64,000 nucleotides of DNA, taken from positions 192,001 through 256,000 of the forward strand of contig CAWFJP010000002.1 in NCBI GenBank assembly GCA_963816145.1, written 5' to 3'. The DNA is from an uncultured delta proteobacterium. GTDB taxonomy: Bacteria > Desulfobacterota > Binatia > UBA9968. Below, one piece after another: positions 20,239 through 30,248 of the stretch. The translations under genes and the position numbers were made by a program. The first letter of the stretch is position 1; every line of letters begins with the position of its first letter. Under the pieces are notes generated by a model. That model saw nothing but the letters and a program-made list of their open reading frames with translations, had not been told where the DNA came from and did not search any database.

Positions 20239-20408
20239 ATCCGAAACTCGAAATCCGAAATTCGAAATTCGAAACAAATCCAAATGACCAAAAAATACAA
20301 TGTCCCAAACAACCTCAATTTGGATTCGATGTTTTGAATTTTCTTCGGGTTTGGGTTTATTTGGCCGCGGTTTGTTTAGGATTTCGTGCTTCGGATTTCG
20401 AATTTTTT
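20237..20408. repeat. Heptamer (CGAAATT/CGAAATC) tandem-repeat palindrome
   Basis: AAATCCGAAACTCGAAATCCGAAATTCGAAATTCGAAAC ... GGATTTCGTGCTTCGGATTTCGAATTT. Confidence 0.8.
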
Positions 20409-20424
20409 GTTAACTGGAGGTCAA

Positions 20425-20880
20425 ATGCTTAAAGGAAAGAAAGTAATCGCCATCGGCGAACGGGACGGTGTCACTGGCCCGGTCATCGCTGAGTGTCTCG
20501 AAAGCGCGGGTTACGAGGTCGTGTTTCAGGCCACTGAGTGCTTTGTTTGAACTGCCGCGGGCGCGATGAACTTCGAGAACCAAGGAGTCATCAAGCGCCT
20601 GGCGGACCAGTATGGTCCGGAAAATTTGACAGTAGTGTTGGGCAACGGCGAGGCTAATGGCGTCGAAGTGTTCGCCGAGACGGTGACCGAGGGCGATCCG
20701 AGTTTCGCCGGGCCGCTGGCCGGAGTCGCGCTCAAAATTCCCGTCTACCATGTGCTCGAAGCGGATGTCATGGGCCAGGTGCCGGAAGCGTTGCGCGACG
20801 AAAAATTGCAGCTCTCGTCGCTGGTCATCGACATCGAGCCGATGCATCAAGTTTTAGAAGCTTCGCGGGCGAAGCTTTAA
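20425..20880 (+). CDS. grdA: Glycine/sarcosine/betaine reductase selenoprotein A (Sec at codon 42)
   Basis: GGAGG RBS; [19 protein letters not shown]...TECFV-[TGA 20548-20550][11 protein letters not shown]...[18 protein letters not shown]. Canonical GrdA CxxU motif; ORF track only shows the post-TGA part. Confidence 0.92.
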
Positions 20881-20882
20881 GT

Positions 20883-20970
20883 CGGTTCCAAAGGTTCCAG
20901 TGGTTCCAAATGTTCCAACGGTTTTCGGTCCGGACTGGAACCCGTGGAACGATTGGAACCTTTGGAACGG
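20883..20970. repeat. Nonamer (GGTTCCAAA) tandem-repeat palindrome between convergent genes
   Basis: Four GTTCCA units, spacer, then four TGGAAC units. Confidence 0.8.
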
Positions 20971-21967
20971 TTATTTCCGATACAAACCCTTTAATAAACC
21001 CCGAATCTTCCAATTCTTTGACAAATCGCGAGTCGATATAATCTTTCACGTTGGCCTGGGCAGCTTTGGGATTTTTTTCCGCTATATCATTCAGTACCAG
21101 TTGGTAACCGTCGATGGGCGGGTAGGGCGCTTCGGGCATGAACTTGGCGTGCCAATCCCAGGCGTCTTCCAAAACCCTGCGGTCCTCCACGCGGGAATAT
21201 TTACGCATGATTTTGATAGTGTCCTCCTTTTGGGTTTTGTAGAAGTGCAGCGCCTCGACATAGGCGCGCATGTAGCGGCGCACCAAGTCGGGGTTCTCGC
21301 GGATCAGCTTCGTCGATGTATAGATGCCGTTTTGCGGAAAGGGGATTTGCAGGGTGACCATATCGACAACGGTCGGATAGCCGAGTCTCTCCGCCTGGGC
21401 TTTGCCGGCTTCGGTGACCACGGTGAATTGGACGATGCCCTTTTGCAGCGCGACCATGCGCTCGATGGCGCCGCCGATGACGCGCAGGCTGGTATCTTTG
21501 AGCGGGTCGAGGCCGATTTTTTTCAGCCCCACTTTCAAGGCGAACTCCGCAGTGGTGCCGGCGATATGGGTGCCGCCGATTTTGCCTTTCAGATCCTCAT
21601 GCCGTTTGATGCTCGGATGGGAAACCAAATAGTAGGGCAGGACGTTGACGTTGCCGGCGATGGCGACGACATCGCCGCCGGCGAGGCGCGCGCTGGCGAG
21701 TCCGGGTCCGCCGCCTTCGCCGATGGGAATCTCGCCGGCGAGGATTGCTTGAATGCCGCGAACGCTGCCGGATATGAATATCACGGTGGCGTCGATGCCG
21801 TTTTTATCGAATAGATGGGTTTCCTTGGCGACCTGGATCACCGTCGATGTTCCGGGTGTGGTGGAGATATAAGCGGTGTTGAGTTTCTGGGCGGCGGCAA
21901 AATTCGGTAACGCGAGTAAGGTCATTATGACCGCAGCCAATGCACTGACAGCATGATTCCGAGCCAT
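20971..21967 (-). CDS. NMT1/SsuA-like ABC substrate-binding protein (probable 1-nt frameshift at 3' end)
   Basis: Signal peptide, DLKGK and FVKELEDSGFIKG; removing one G restores ...GLYRK-stop at 20971. Confidence 0.8.
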
Positions 21968-22090
21968 ACGAGTACCTCCAGAGTTTTAGCTGGGTAGGAA
22001 TTCCATCCGATCCATGAGTAACACTTTCGTTGCCGTTGGAAAAGCAGATTTGACAGGGAGGGTCTTGAGGTCTATTTTGCTGACTCTCCG

Positions 22091-22738
22091 ATGAAAAAAT
22101 CCCTGCAATTGGTGATGTTTGACCTCGACGGCACACTCGCCGATACCGGCCACGATCTTGCCGACTCTGTAAACTTTACGCGTCGAGAGTTCAGTTTACC
22201 CCGATTGCCGGACCATGCGGTCTACGCGAACGTTGGGCGCGGTGTCGAGCATCTGCTCAAGCAGTCGTTTCCGGAAGCGGGGCCGGAAAAGTTTCCCCGG
22301 GTCATGCAGGTCTTTCTGGCTTATTACGAAACGCACTTGCTCGATCGCACCGTGCTTTATCCAGGCGCGCAGGATGCCCTGCGTTATTTTGCCTCCAAGC
22401 GGCGCGCGGTGGTGAGCAACAAAATGCACCGGCTGACGGTGGCGGTTGTGCAAGGGCTGGGGGTGGCAGGGGAGTTCGACGCGATCTTGGGCGGCGATAG
22501 CGTTGTCGAGAAGAAGCCGCATCCGGCGATGTTGCAGTTAGTTTTAGAACGGTTCCAAATTGCTCCCGCCGATGCGCTTATCATCGGTGATGGCGATACC
22601 GATATCGAAGCCGGCAAGCGCGCCGGCGTGATCACCTGCGGCGTGACTTACGGTTTGGGCGACAAAAACGCGTTGCGCGCCGCGCGGCCGGATGTCACCA
22701 TCGACAGTCTCGCTGAATTGACCGATTACTTTTGCTGA
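22091..22738 (+). CDS. HAD-IA phosphatase (phosphoglycolate phosphatase-like)
   Basis: FDLDGTL, SNK, KPHP and IGD..TDI motifs. Confidence 0.88.
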   Translation: MKKSLQLVMFDLDGTLADTGHDLADSVNFTRREFSLPRLPDHAVYANVGRGVEHLLKQSFPEAGPEKFPRVMQVFLAYYETHLLDRTVLYPGAQDALRYFASKRRAVVSNKMHRLTVAVVQGLGVAGEFDAILGGDSVVEKKPHPAMLQLVLERFQIAPADALIIGDGDTDIEAGKRAGVITCGVTYGLGDKNALRAARPDVTIDSLAELTDYFC

Positions 22739-22769
22739 AACAAGTTTCGACTGAAACTGGAGGTTGGTC

Positions 22770-23168
22770 ATGGCCACGACAATTCCCGAGTCCTTCAAAG
22801 ATCTTTTTAGCAAAGTTGCTTTCGCTCATCTTGGCACCTTGATGGCGGATGGCGGCCCGCAGGTGACGCCGGTGTGGTTCAGCTACGATGGTACGCATTT
22901 CTGGATCAATACGGCAAAAGGCCGGCTCAAGGACAAAAACATGCGGCGGAACAAACAGGTCGGGCTGTCGATCCAAGACCCAGAAAACTCCTATCGCTAT
23001 TTGGCGGTTCAGGGAGAAGTCGAGGAGATCACCGAGAACGGCGCCGATGCGCATATCGATGCCCTGGCGAAGCATTACTTGGGCAAAGACAGCTACCCGT
23101 TCCGTGCTCCCGGCGAGGTGCGGGTGATCTATAAGATCCGTCCGAAGAAAATTTCAACGATGGGATAA
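22770..23168 (+). CDS. PPOX-class (putative F420-dependent) oxidoreductase
   Basis: AHLGTLMADGGPQVTPVW, K.KNMRRN..V and LAKHYLG motifs. Confidence 0.8.
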   Translation: MATTIPESFKDLFSKVAFAHLGTLMADGGPQVTPVWFSYDGTHFWINTAKGRLKDKNMRRNKQVGLSIQDPENSYRYLAVQGEVEEITENGADAHIDALAKHYLGKDSYPFRAPGEVRVIYKIRPKKISTMG

Positions 23169-23200
23169 GGCGATGGTTTTTGCATCTCAGCCAGTTGGTT

Positions 23201-24613
23201 TCAGTTCGGGACCACGCCGCATGCCGCTTCAGCTGGAAATTTGTTGAGCGCCGCCAGCGCCGCGACTTTGTAACACTCCGCCAAAGTCGGATAGTTGAAA
23301 ACCGTGTCGACAAAATAATCGAGTTTGCCGCCATGGGCCATGACGGCCTGGCCGATGTGCACCAGCTCGGTCGCGCCTTCGCCGATGATATGGACGCCGA
23401 GGAGTTCCCTGGTCTCGGTATGAAACAGCAGCTTGAGCATGCCGACGGTGTCGCCGATGATCTGGCCGCGGGCGATCTCACGGTAACGGGCAACGCCGAT
23501 CTCGTACGGAACGCCGTCGCGAGTGAGTTCTTCTTCGTTGCGGCCGACCATCGAGATCTCCGGAATTGAGTAAATTCCATAGGGCAGCAGATGGGTCGAG
23601 GTCTCGCAGGCTAGGCTGTAGGCATGGCAGGCGGCATGGCGGCCTTGCTGCATGGAGGTTGACGCCAAGGCCGGAAAACCGACCACGTCACCGACCGCGT
23701 AGATATGGTTCATGTTAGTCTGGAAGTTCTCGTTGACTTTCAGGCGTCCGCGCTCGTCCGCTTCGACGCCGATCTTGTCCAGACCGAGACTGGTGGTGGC
23801 GCCGACGCGGCCCGCTGAATAAACCAGCAGGGGCGAGCGGATCTGTTTGCCGCTCTTGAGTTGCAGTGCGACGACATTAGTCGCCGCCTTGGTCACGCCG
23901 ACCACTTCTTCATTGAGACGCAGCGTGATGCCAATGTTGCGCATCTGATATTGCAGCGACTCGATGATCTCGCTGTCGACGAATTCGAGTAGGCGCGGCC
24001 GCTTCTCGACCAACACGACGGGAATTCCCAGAGTGGCGAGGATACACGCATACTCGCAGCCGATGACGCCGGCGCCGACGATGGTCAATGACTTCGGAAG
24101 CCGCTTCAACGACAACAAACCATCGCTGTCGATGATCAAGTCGTCGTCGAAGGGGATATTCACCGGCCGCGCCGGTTCGGTGCCGACACCGATGACGATG
24201 TAATCCGCGGTGTGTTCGTTAGTCTCCGAGTCTTGTTTGATCTGAAGCCGATGCGGGTCGAGAAACGATGCGTTACCGACGATGAAATCCACCGAGTTGC
24301 GGATCAGTTGATTTTGAATGACTTCTTGCTCGGCTTTGACCACATGGTCGCAGCGCTGCGCAAGATCCTCGAAAGTGATATCTTTTTTAACCCGGTAGCT
24401 GGCGCCGTAGAGGCTGCGCTGTCGGAAACCGGAAAGGAAGAGGACCGCCTCGCGCAGCGATTTGCTCGGGATTGTGCCGGAGTTGATACAGATGCCGCCA
24501 ACGACTTTTTTGCGTTCGACGATGCCGACTCTTTTACCGACTTTGGCCGCTTGGATCGCCGCCTTTTGGCCGGCCGGGCCAGAGCCGATCACGAGCATGT
24601 CATAGTGCGCCAT
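23201..24613 (-). CDS. sthA: Soluble pyridine nucleotide transhydrogenase
   Basis: GSGPAG, CINSGTIPSK (single Cys), GAGVIG and VFNYPTLAECYKVAA motifs. Confidence 0.9.
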   Translation of the reverse strand: MAHYDMLVIGSGPAGQKAAIQAAKVGKRVGIVERKKVVGGICINSGTIPSKSLREAVLFLSGFRQRSLYGASYRVKKDITFEDLAQRCDHVVKAEQEVIQNQLIRNSVDFIVGNASFLDPHRLQIKQDSETNEHTADYIVIGVGTEPARPVNIPFDDDLIIDSDGLLSLKRLPKSLTIVGAGVIGCEYACILATLGIPVVLVEKRPRLLEFVDSEIIESLQYQMRNIGITLRLNEEVVGVTKAATNVVALQLKSGKQIRSPLLVYSAGRVGATTSLGLDKIGVEADERGRLKVNENFQTNMNHIYAVGDVVGFPALASTSMQQGRHAACHAYSLACETSTHLLPYGIYSIPEISMVGRNEEELTRDGVPYEIGVARYREIARGQIIGDTVGMLKLLFHTETRELLGVHIIGEGATELVHIGQAVMAHGGKLDYFVDTVFNYPTLAECYKVAALAALNKFPAEAACGVVPN

Positions 24614-24639
24614 GGGTTGTCCTCAGCTTTGCCTTGTCG

Positions 24640-25590
24640 TCAGAGCGATTGAGCGAGTCCGCTATCCTTGAGCCGTTCGTAAGCTTTGAAGCCGATTGCG
24701 ACATCCATGATGCCGGTGCCTTGCAGCTTGAAAAGGGTGATTTGCCGATCGTCGCTGCGGCCGGCCACTTGACCGAGCAATAAGTGGGAAATTTCGTGGA
24801 CCTTGTCCCAAGCGATCACTTTGTCGCGCACCGCGCGGAATATATCGCTTTCGTTGACACAGACGGTCTCTTTTGACGTTACGAAGATCGGGTCGGCAAG
24901 ACGCAGCACCGTTTCATCGAGTTCCTGACGTGTGCGGGTTTTATCGCCGTTGGCAATGGAGGTAATGTGCATGCCGTCTTTCAGACTCCGGCTGCCAAAT
25001 ACCGGCGTTCGCGAATTCGTCGCGGTAATCAGGATATCGGCATTGGCCATTGCTTCCTCAGCGCTTCCGGCAACGTGAAGCGGAATTTCTAATTCGCGTC
25101 CCATCTTGGCGGCGAACGCCGCGCGGCGCTCGGGCGACGGGCTATAAACCCAGGCTTCCAGCAATTTCCTGACGGCGGCAACCGCCTTGAGTTGGGTCTC
25201 GGCGTGAACGGCGCTGCCCAAGACCGCGACGCGGCAGGCGTCACGACGCGCCAGATATTTCGCGCCGATGCCGCCGGCGGCGCCGGTACGATATTCGTTG
25301 ATCGAACAGTCTTGGAACAGGATCAGCGCTTCACCGCTCTCGGTGCTGAAGACCATGACGTTCTCGTGGTGGATTTTACGGTCTAGATCGGTCTGAATAT
25401 AAGCGCCCATGGCACCGTGGACCGAGCCGGGCAGAATACCGAAAATCATCCGGTTCGGATGGTGAATGCGCCGCCGCGGCAGCTCAAATCCGCGCCCCAA
25501 GGCGATCTCCATCAAGGTATCCTCGATGGTTTCGATCATTTCGCTCATCGAAAGTATTTGATCAATGGGAGTGTTTTTGAGAAACAGCAT
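24640..25590 (-). CDS. Ornithine cyclodeaminase/mu-crystallin family protein
   Basis: RTGAAGGIGAKYLAR, ADILITATNS, GRSDDRQITLFK motifs. Confidence 0.85.
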   Translation of the reverse strand: MLFLKNTPIDQILSMSEMIETIEDTLMEIALGRGFELPRRRIHHPNRMIFGILPGSVHGAMGAYIQTDLDRKIHHENVMVFSTESGEALILFQDCSINEYRTGAAGGIGAKYLARRDACRVAVLGSAVHAETQLKAVAAVRKLLEAWVYSPSPERRAAFAAKMGRELEIPLHVAGSAEEAMANADILITATNSRTPVFGSRSLKDGMHITSIANGDKTRTRQELDETVLRLADPIFVTSKETVCVNESDIFRAVRDKVIAWDKVHEISHLLLGQVAGRSDDRQITLFKLQGTGIMDVAIGFKAYERLKDSGLAQSL

Positions 25591-25657
25591 GGCGGTTCTC
25601 CTGCGCCAGCCATACTGCAAGCGGAAAGAGACCGTCAAGTTAAATCTGCGTTGATGT

Positions 25658-25889
25658 TGTAGCAAAGTGAATCTGACAGGGTCTAACAGCAACGTAATTA
25701 TGTCAGGGTGGAAGGATGACAACCCTGACAATGAAAGACGAGAAACGACTAGACGTAATTCAACGAGCGTGTCGCAGCGAGCTCACCGTGCTGCGAGTAG
25801 CATGGGTGATGAGACTCCGTGAACGGCGCTTTTACCGGGTCAAAGCATGAGTCGGTAAGGCCGCAGCCAAGCGAATCGTCGATATTTAG
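25658..25889 (+). mobile_element. Decayed IS remnant (ISNCY-like transposase N-terminus plus left end)
   Basis: ORF from 25716: MTTLTMKDEKRLDVIQR..RSELTV...RERRFYRVKA*VGKAAAKRIV, resembling the HTH start of ISNCY transposases, with an internal stop and truncation. Confidence 0.65.
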
Positions 25890-25991
25890 CTCGATGCGCG
25901 GCAGGCAAAGAAGCAGAGTCAGATTAAAAGGCTATTAGTCTTAGCTGCCGCTAATCTCTCTGGTGCTATTCAGACTCGCCGGCAAGGCTGG

Positions 25992-26948
25992 TTATGGCAC
26001 TTTGCGTTGTAGTTTGATGAATCGCTTCTTTTCGGTCGGGTAAGCCACGAGATCGTGTTGCTCGACCTGATCAAATTGCAGTAATCCGGTGATCTGGTCC
26101 AAAACATAGTCTCCAGTCATTGGGTTGCTGCGATTAGAGAAAGTGAGGAATTCATAGTTCTCGGGGAACAGACTTCGAAGTTCTTCATCACTTTTAATGC
26201 TAACCGGACTTTTGGGATTTGCGGATAGTTCAAACTCTACGATCGGTCGGTGTTTGCGAAGGGTGCGTTCTAACCCCTTAAGAGCCAACTTTTCATAGCC
26301 CTCAATGTCCATCTTAATCAGATCGACTGAAGTGACACCGGCCTGTTCAAGTACATCGTCGCCAATGCGAATCTCAAGACTATCTTCCGGCGGGTTTGGC
26401 GAGCCAAATTCCTTAACGAACGAGCCCATTCCCAAATTACTTTCGGGAGGAGCGTAAAACGGCTTCTTTGAATTTTCATTTCCCAGTCCGAACGAATGGA
26501 TGACGACGTTCTTGAGCCGATTGATTTCAATGTGCCGGCGAAGCTTTTTTAAGACAGGCTCCCATGGCTCGAACGCGTGGATTTCTCGAGCATAGCGAGA
26601 CATGAAGAGGGAATGCTGCCCGGTGTTCGCGCCGATGTCGAGAAATACGCCTTGATCGGGATATGCCGATGTCATGACGTCTCGAAGGAAAAACAATACC
26701 GGCTTTTCGTAAGCTCCATAAAAAAAGATATTTTTGTCGATAAGGTTCCCGGTATTTCCTTCGTAGCGGACCCCATTAATTTCAGCGGTGAAATCAAAAT
26801 CTTTAGCGCCATAGCAGGCGGATATATTTGTCGCGCTTTCCCAGCACCGGTATATAAGCGAGAACTGCGGAAAATCTAAAAAGTAAAAATAGCTAAGGAA
26901 TCCAATAGCCGTAACCGCGGCGGCGCCGAGTAGTTTAATAGCTTTCAG
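25992..26948 (-). CDS. FkbM-family methyltransferase with N-terminal membrane anchor
   Basis: FLDIGANTG, AFEP and IKMDIEGYE motifs; the frame stays open upstream of the track start to a CTG at 26948 behind AAGGAG. Confidence 0.8.
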   Translation of the reverse strand: MKAIKLLGAAAVTAIGFLSYFYFLDFPQFSLIYRCWESATNISACYGAKDFDFTAEINGVRYEGNTGNLIDKNIFFYGAYEKPVLFFLRDVMTSAYPDQGVFLDIGANTGQHSLFMSRYAREIHAFEPWEPVLKKLRRHIEINRLKNVVIHSFGLGNENSKKPFYAPPESNLGMGSFVKEFGSPNPPEDSLEIRIGDDVLEQAGVTSVDLIKMDIEGYEKLALKGLERTLRKHRPIVEFELSANPKSPVSIKSDEELRSLFPENYEFLTFSNRSNPMTGDYVLDQITGLLQFDQVEQHDLVAYPTEKKRFIKLQRKVP

Positions 26949-27147
26949 AACAATCTCCTTTCCGTTGGTCGCTCCAATGGGCTAACTCCCGATGCTCCGC
27001 TCGGTTGTTCTTCTTCTGCTATCGGTTGAGTTCCTTATTATATTTTTTGGACCGAGAAATCGCTTCATGGCCAAATTTCCACGGCCATATTACTGCATTA
27101 GGTTGGCGACCGCTACAAAAACCAAGGACCACGTCGGCGACTGAAAC

Positions 27148-27822
27148 TCATCGGTTAGCCAGCCGCGATTCTAAGCGGCCGGCGTAACGCGACATGGCGT
27201 AGCTGCATAGCCAATAGACGATGGCGATAAACAGATAGAGCTCGAAGGGTCGGATTTCTCGGTTGTTGACGATCTGGGCGGCTTTGGTGAGGTCGACGTA
27301 GCCGATGATCGAGGCCAAAGAAGTATCTTTCAAGAGAACGATGAATTGGGTGAGTAGCGCCGGGATCATATTGCGCAGTGCTTGCGGCAAGATGACATGG
27401 AGCATCAGTTGATTCTTGGAAAGACCGGTGGCGGTGGCGGCTTCGACCTGGCCCCGCGGCACGGACTGGATGCCGGCGCGGATGATTTCCGCCAGGTAAG
27501 CGGCTTCGAAGATGACAAAAGCGGTGAGGGCGACGGCGTATTCCGGCAGCGATTTGCCCGCCAAGGTCGGGATGATGAACCAGAACCAAAAAATTACCAT
27601 CACCAACGGCACGCCGCGGAAGAATTCTACATAGACCTTCGCCGGAGCGTAGAACCAGCGCGATTGCGACAGGCGCGCCAAGCCGACCAGCATGCCGAGT
27701 ATGGTTCCCAAGACGATGGCGGGGATGGCCAAGCGCAAAGTGCCGCCGGTAAACGCGCCAATGCCAAGAAACCCTTGGACGATCAAGAAAACGAAATTAT
27801 TGGCGATGACCTGAAAGTCCAT
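27148..27822 (-). CDS. Polar amino acid ABC permease (GltK-like)
   Basis: FRGVPL, EIIRAGIQSVPRGQ.EAA, LLKDTSL motifs. Confidence 0.92.
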   Translation of the reverse strand: MDFQVIANNFVFLIVQGFLGIGAFTGGTLRLAIPAIVLGTILGMLVGLARLSQSRWFYAPAKVYVEFFRGVPLVMVIFWFWFIIPTLAGKSLPEYAVALTAFVIFEAAYLAEIIRAGIQSVPRGQVEAATATGLSKNQLMLHVILPQALRNMIPALLTQFIVLLKDTSLASIIGYVDLTKAAQIVNNREIRPFELYLFIAIVYWLCSYAMSRYAGRLESRLANR

Positions 27823-27823
27823 C

Positions 27824-28549
27824 TCACGATGCTCCGGTCTGTCCGTGGGCGATCATGCCGGGGATAGCGACGCGCCGCTCGACGCTGGCCATGATCGACG
27901 CGATGGCAAGGCAGAGAACCAAGTAAATAATCGTGCCCGCGGCTAGGGCTTCGAAGGCTCTGGCGGTGTAGGTCTCGATCTGCCGGGTTTGAAAGGTCAA
28001 CTCGGCGACGCCGATGGTGAGCGCGACAGAGGAGTTCTTGAGCAGGTTGACGGCTTCATTGGTTGCCGGCGGGATGATTAAACGGAGGGCGATGGGGATA
28101 ATGATGAGCCGGTAAGCCTGGCTGACGGTGAGGCCGGTGGAAAGCGCGGCTTCCAACAGGGTCTTGGGGATCGACTGAATGCCCGCGCGCATTACCTCGG
28201 AAAAGCGCGCGCCGTGGTAAACGCCCAAGGCGAATACGCCGGCCCAAAACTCGACGCCGTTATTGAAGAGCCAGTCTTGCATCGCTTGCGGCAACAACGG
28301 CGGCACACCGAAGTACCAAAAAAACATCCACACCAGCAGCGGCACATTGCGAAAAAATTCGACATAGCCGCTCGCAAGCCAACGCAAAGGCGCAATCGGC
28401 GCGGTCCTCAGTGCGCCGGCGACGGTGCCGAGAATGATGGCGATGAGCAGGCCGAGAACGAAAATGTGCAAGGTGGTGAGAACTCCTTGCAACAGCCAGC
28501 CGCCCGACTGCCCGGTCCAGAGTACGCTCCAGTTGAAGTGGTAATTCAT
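27824..28549 (-). CDS. Polar amino acid ABC permease (GltJ-like)
   Basis: FRNVPLLV, EVMRAGIQS, NLLKNSS motifs. Confidence 0.92.
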   Translation of the reverse strand: MNYHFNWSVLWTGQSGGWLLQGVLTTLHIFVLGLLIAIILGTVAGALRTAPIAPLRWLASGYVEFFRNVPLLVWMFFWYFGVPPLLPQAMQDWLFNNGVEFWAGVFALGVYHGARFSEVMRAGIQSIPKTLLEAALSTGLTVSQAYRLIIIPIALRLIIPPATNEAVNLLKNSSVALTIGVAELTFQTRQIETYTARAFEALAAGTIIYLVLCLAIASIMASVERRVAIPGMIAHGQTGAS

Positions 28550-28556
28550 GGGAAAC

Positions 28557-28650
28557 TAGGCAACAGGCATCAGGCAATAGGCAACAGCAAGAATTCCGAT
28601 TGATCTTAGCGCGGACTATTGCCTGTCATGCCTTGTGCCTATTGCCTGTT
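28557..28650. repeat. Heptamer (AGGCAAC/AGGCAAT) tandem-repeat palindrome inside the ABC operon
   Basis: TAGGCAACAGGCATCAGGCAATAGGCAACAG ... CTATTGCCTG..TGCCTATTGCCTGTT. Confidence 0.8.
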
Positions 28651-28651
28651 T

Positions 28652-29509
28652 CTATTTCGGCACCACTTGCAGTTGCAGGAAGCGCTTGTTCTCCGGGGTG
28701 AGCGGGTAGGGGACTTCACTTTTGGCGCCGAACCACTTTTCGTAGAGGTCGAAGTAGAGTCCGGAGGAGATTGCGTCCATCAGACCGACATTGACCACGA
28801 GGCGAAAATCCGAATCGTTTTTGCGCATCGCCATGCCGTAGGGATCGTAGGAGAAAAAATCGCCGACCACTGTCCAGTCATCCGACTTAGGCGCCTTGGC
28901 TTTCAATCCGGCGAGCTGAATGCCGTCGTTGGTGTAGGCGTCGACTTGGCGCTGGGAGAGCGCTTGAAAGGCAGCGGGTTGGTCCTGGAACTCCACGAGT
29001 TTGGCGGTAGGCACTTTTTCCCGGATGATCTTGGCGTTGGTCGAGCCTTGCTGGGCGGCGATGCGTTTGCCGGCGATACTCTGAATGCCTTTGACTGGGC
29101 TGCCTTTGCGGACAAGAAACTGTGCACCGGTGACGAAGAAGGTTAGGCTGAAGTCGACCTGCTCGCGTCGCACCTGGGTGTCGGTCATGGTCTCGGCGAT
29201 CAGATCGACGGCGTTGGATGTTAGCAGCGGGATGCGTGTCGGCACCGTCGATTCTTTCTTCTCGAGTTTGATCTGTTTGTTGAGCTTCTTACTGAGGGCC
29301 GGCAGTATCGCTTGCTCGACCAGACTGATGGAGAAGCCAACCCACTCGTTGCTCTTGTTGACGTAGGCGAAAGGCGGCGATCCGGTGCGCGTGCCAATGA
29401 TCAACGTGCCGCTTTTGTCGATTTTCTCCAGAGTGTTTTGGGCAAAGCTAGAGCTCGTCGTCGCTACGGCGATAAAAAGCGCGACGAGGAATGTAACCGA
29501 TGGTTTCAT
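28652..29509 (-). CDS. Amino acid ABC substrate-binding protein (GltI-like)
   Basis: SBP family 3 motifs: SPPFAY, TRIPLL, RREQVDFS. Confidence 0.9.
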   Translation of the reverse strand: MKPSVTFLVALFIAVATTSSSFAQNTLEKIDKSGTLIIGTRTGSPPFAYVNKSNEWVGFSISLVEQAILPALSKKLNKQIKLEKKESTVPTRIPLLTSNAVDLIAETMTDTQVRREQVDFSLTFFVTGAQFLVRKGSPVKGIQSIAGKRIAAQQGSTNAKIIREKVPTAKLVEFQDQPAAFQALSQRQVDAYTNDGIQLAGLKAKAPKSDDWTVVGDFFSYDPYGMAMRKNDSDFRLVVNVGLMDAISSGLYFDLYEKWFGAKSEVPYPLTPENKRFLQLQVVPK

Positions 29510-29519
29510 AGATCGCTCC

Positions 29520-30248
29520 TCAGTGTGAAAGTATCTTGCTCAAAAATTGCTGGGCTCTGGCCGACTGCGGTGCCGCGAAAAATGTTTCCGGTTCGGCGGT
29601 TTCGACAATTTTCCCCTGATCCATGAAGACGACGCGGTGGGCGACACGTCGGGCAAAGCCCATCTCATGGGTCACCACCACCATGGTCATGCCGTCTTTG
29701 GCTAGATCGGTCATGACTTCGAGCACTTCGTTTATCATCTCGGGATCGAGGGCGGAGGTCGGCTCATCGAAAAGCATGACCTTGGGTTTCATCGCCAACG
29801 CGCGGGCGATGGCGACGCGCTGCTGCTGGCCGCCGGAGAGATTAGCCGGATAGACCTCTGCTTTGTCGGGAATGCCGACGCGCTCCAATAATTCTTTGGC
29901 GGTTTTTTCGGCTTGGGCGGAGGCGATGTTTCTGACCTTAACCGGCGCCAACATGATATTTTGCAACACCGTCATATGCGGGTACAGATTGAACGACTGG
30001 AACACCATGCCGACGTTGGCGCGCAGCTTGGCGGCGTCGAGTTTGGGGTCCGTCAGCGACAACCCGTCGACGATGATCTCGCCGGATTGAATGGTTTCGA
30101 GGCGATTGATGCAACGGATAAGTGTGCTCTTGCCGCTGCCGCTCGGGCCGCAGACCACGACCACGTTCCCCGCGGCGATGCTCAGGTCGATGTCGCTCAG
30201 CACATGTAGCGCGCCGAACCATTTGTTGACCTTGCGAAATTCGATCAC
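29520..30248 (-). CDS. Amino acid ABC ATP-binding protein (GltL/GlnQ-like)
   Basis: [27 protein letters not shown]. Confidence 0.95.
   Translation of the reverse strand: MIEFRKVNKWFGALHVLSDIDLSIAAGNVVVVCGPSGSGKSTLIRCINRLETIQSGEIIVDGLSLTDPKLDAAKLRANVGMVFQSFNLYPHMTVLQNIMLAPVKVRNIASAQAEKTAKELLERVGIPDKAEVYPANLSGGQQQRVAIARALAMKPKVMLFDEPTSALDPEMINEVLEVMTDLAKDGMTMVVVTHEMGFARRVAHRVVFMDQGKIVETAEPETFFAAPQSARAQQFLSKILSH

Noticed and set aside
20825-20970. C-terminal WNIWNHWNLWN tail of the SBP
   Set aside because: Artefact of reading through the nonamer repeat after a frameshift.
25848-25850. TGA in the 25716 ORF as selenocysteine
   Set aside because: It lies in a truncated transposase-like remnant with no redox motif; a nonsense mutation is more likely.
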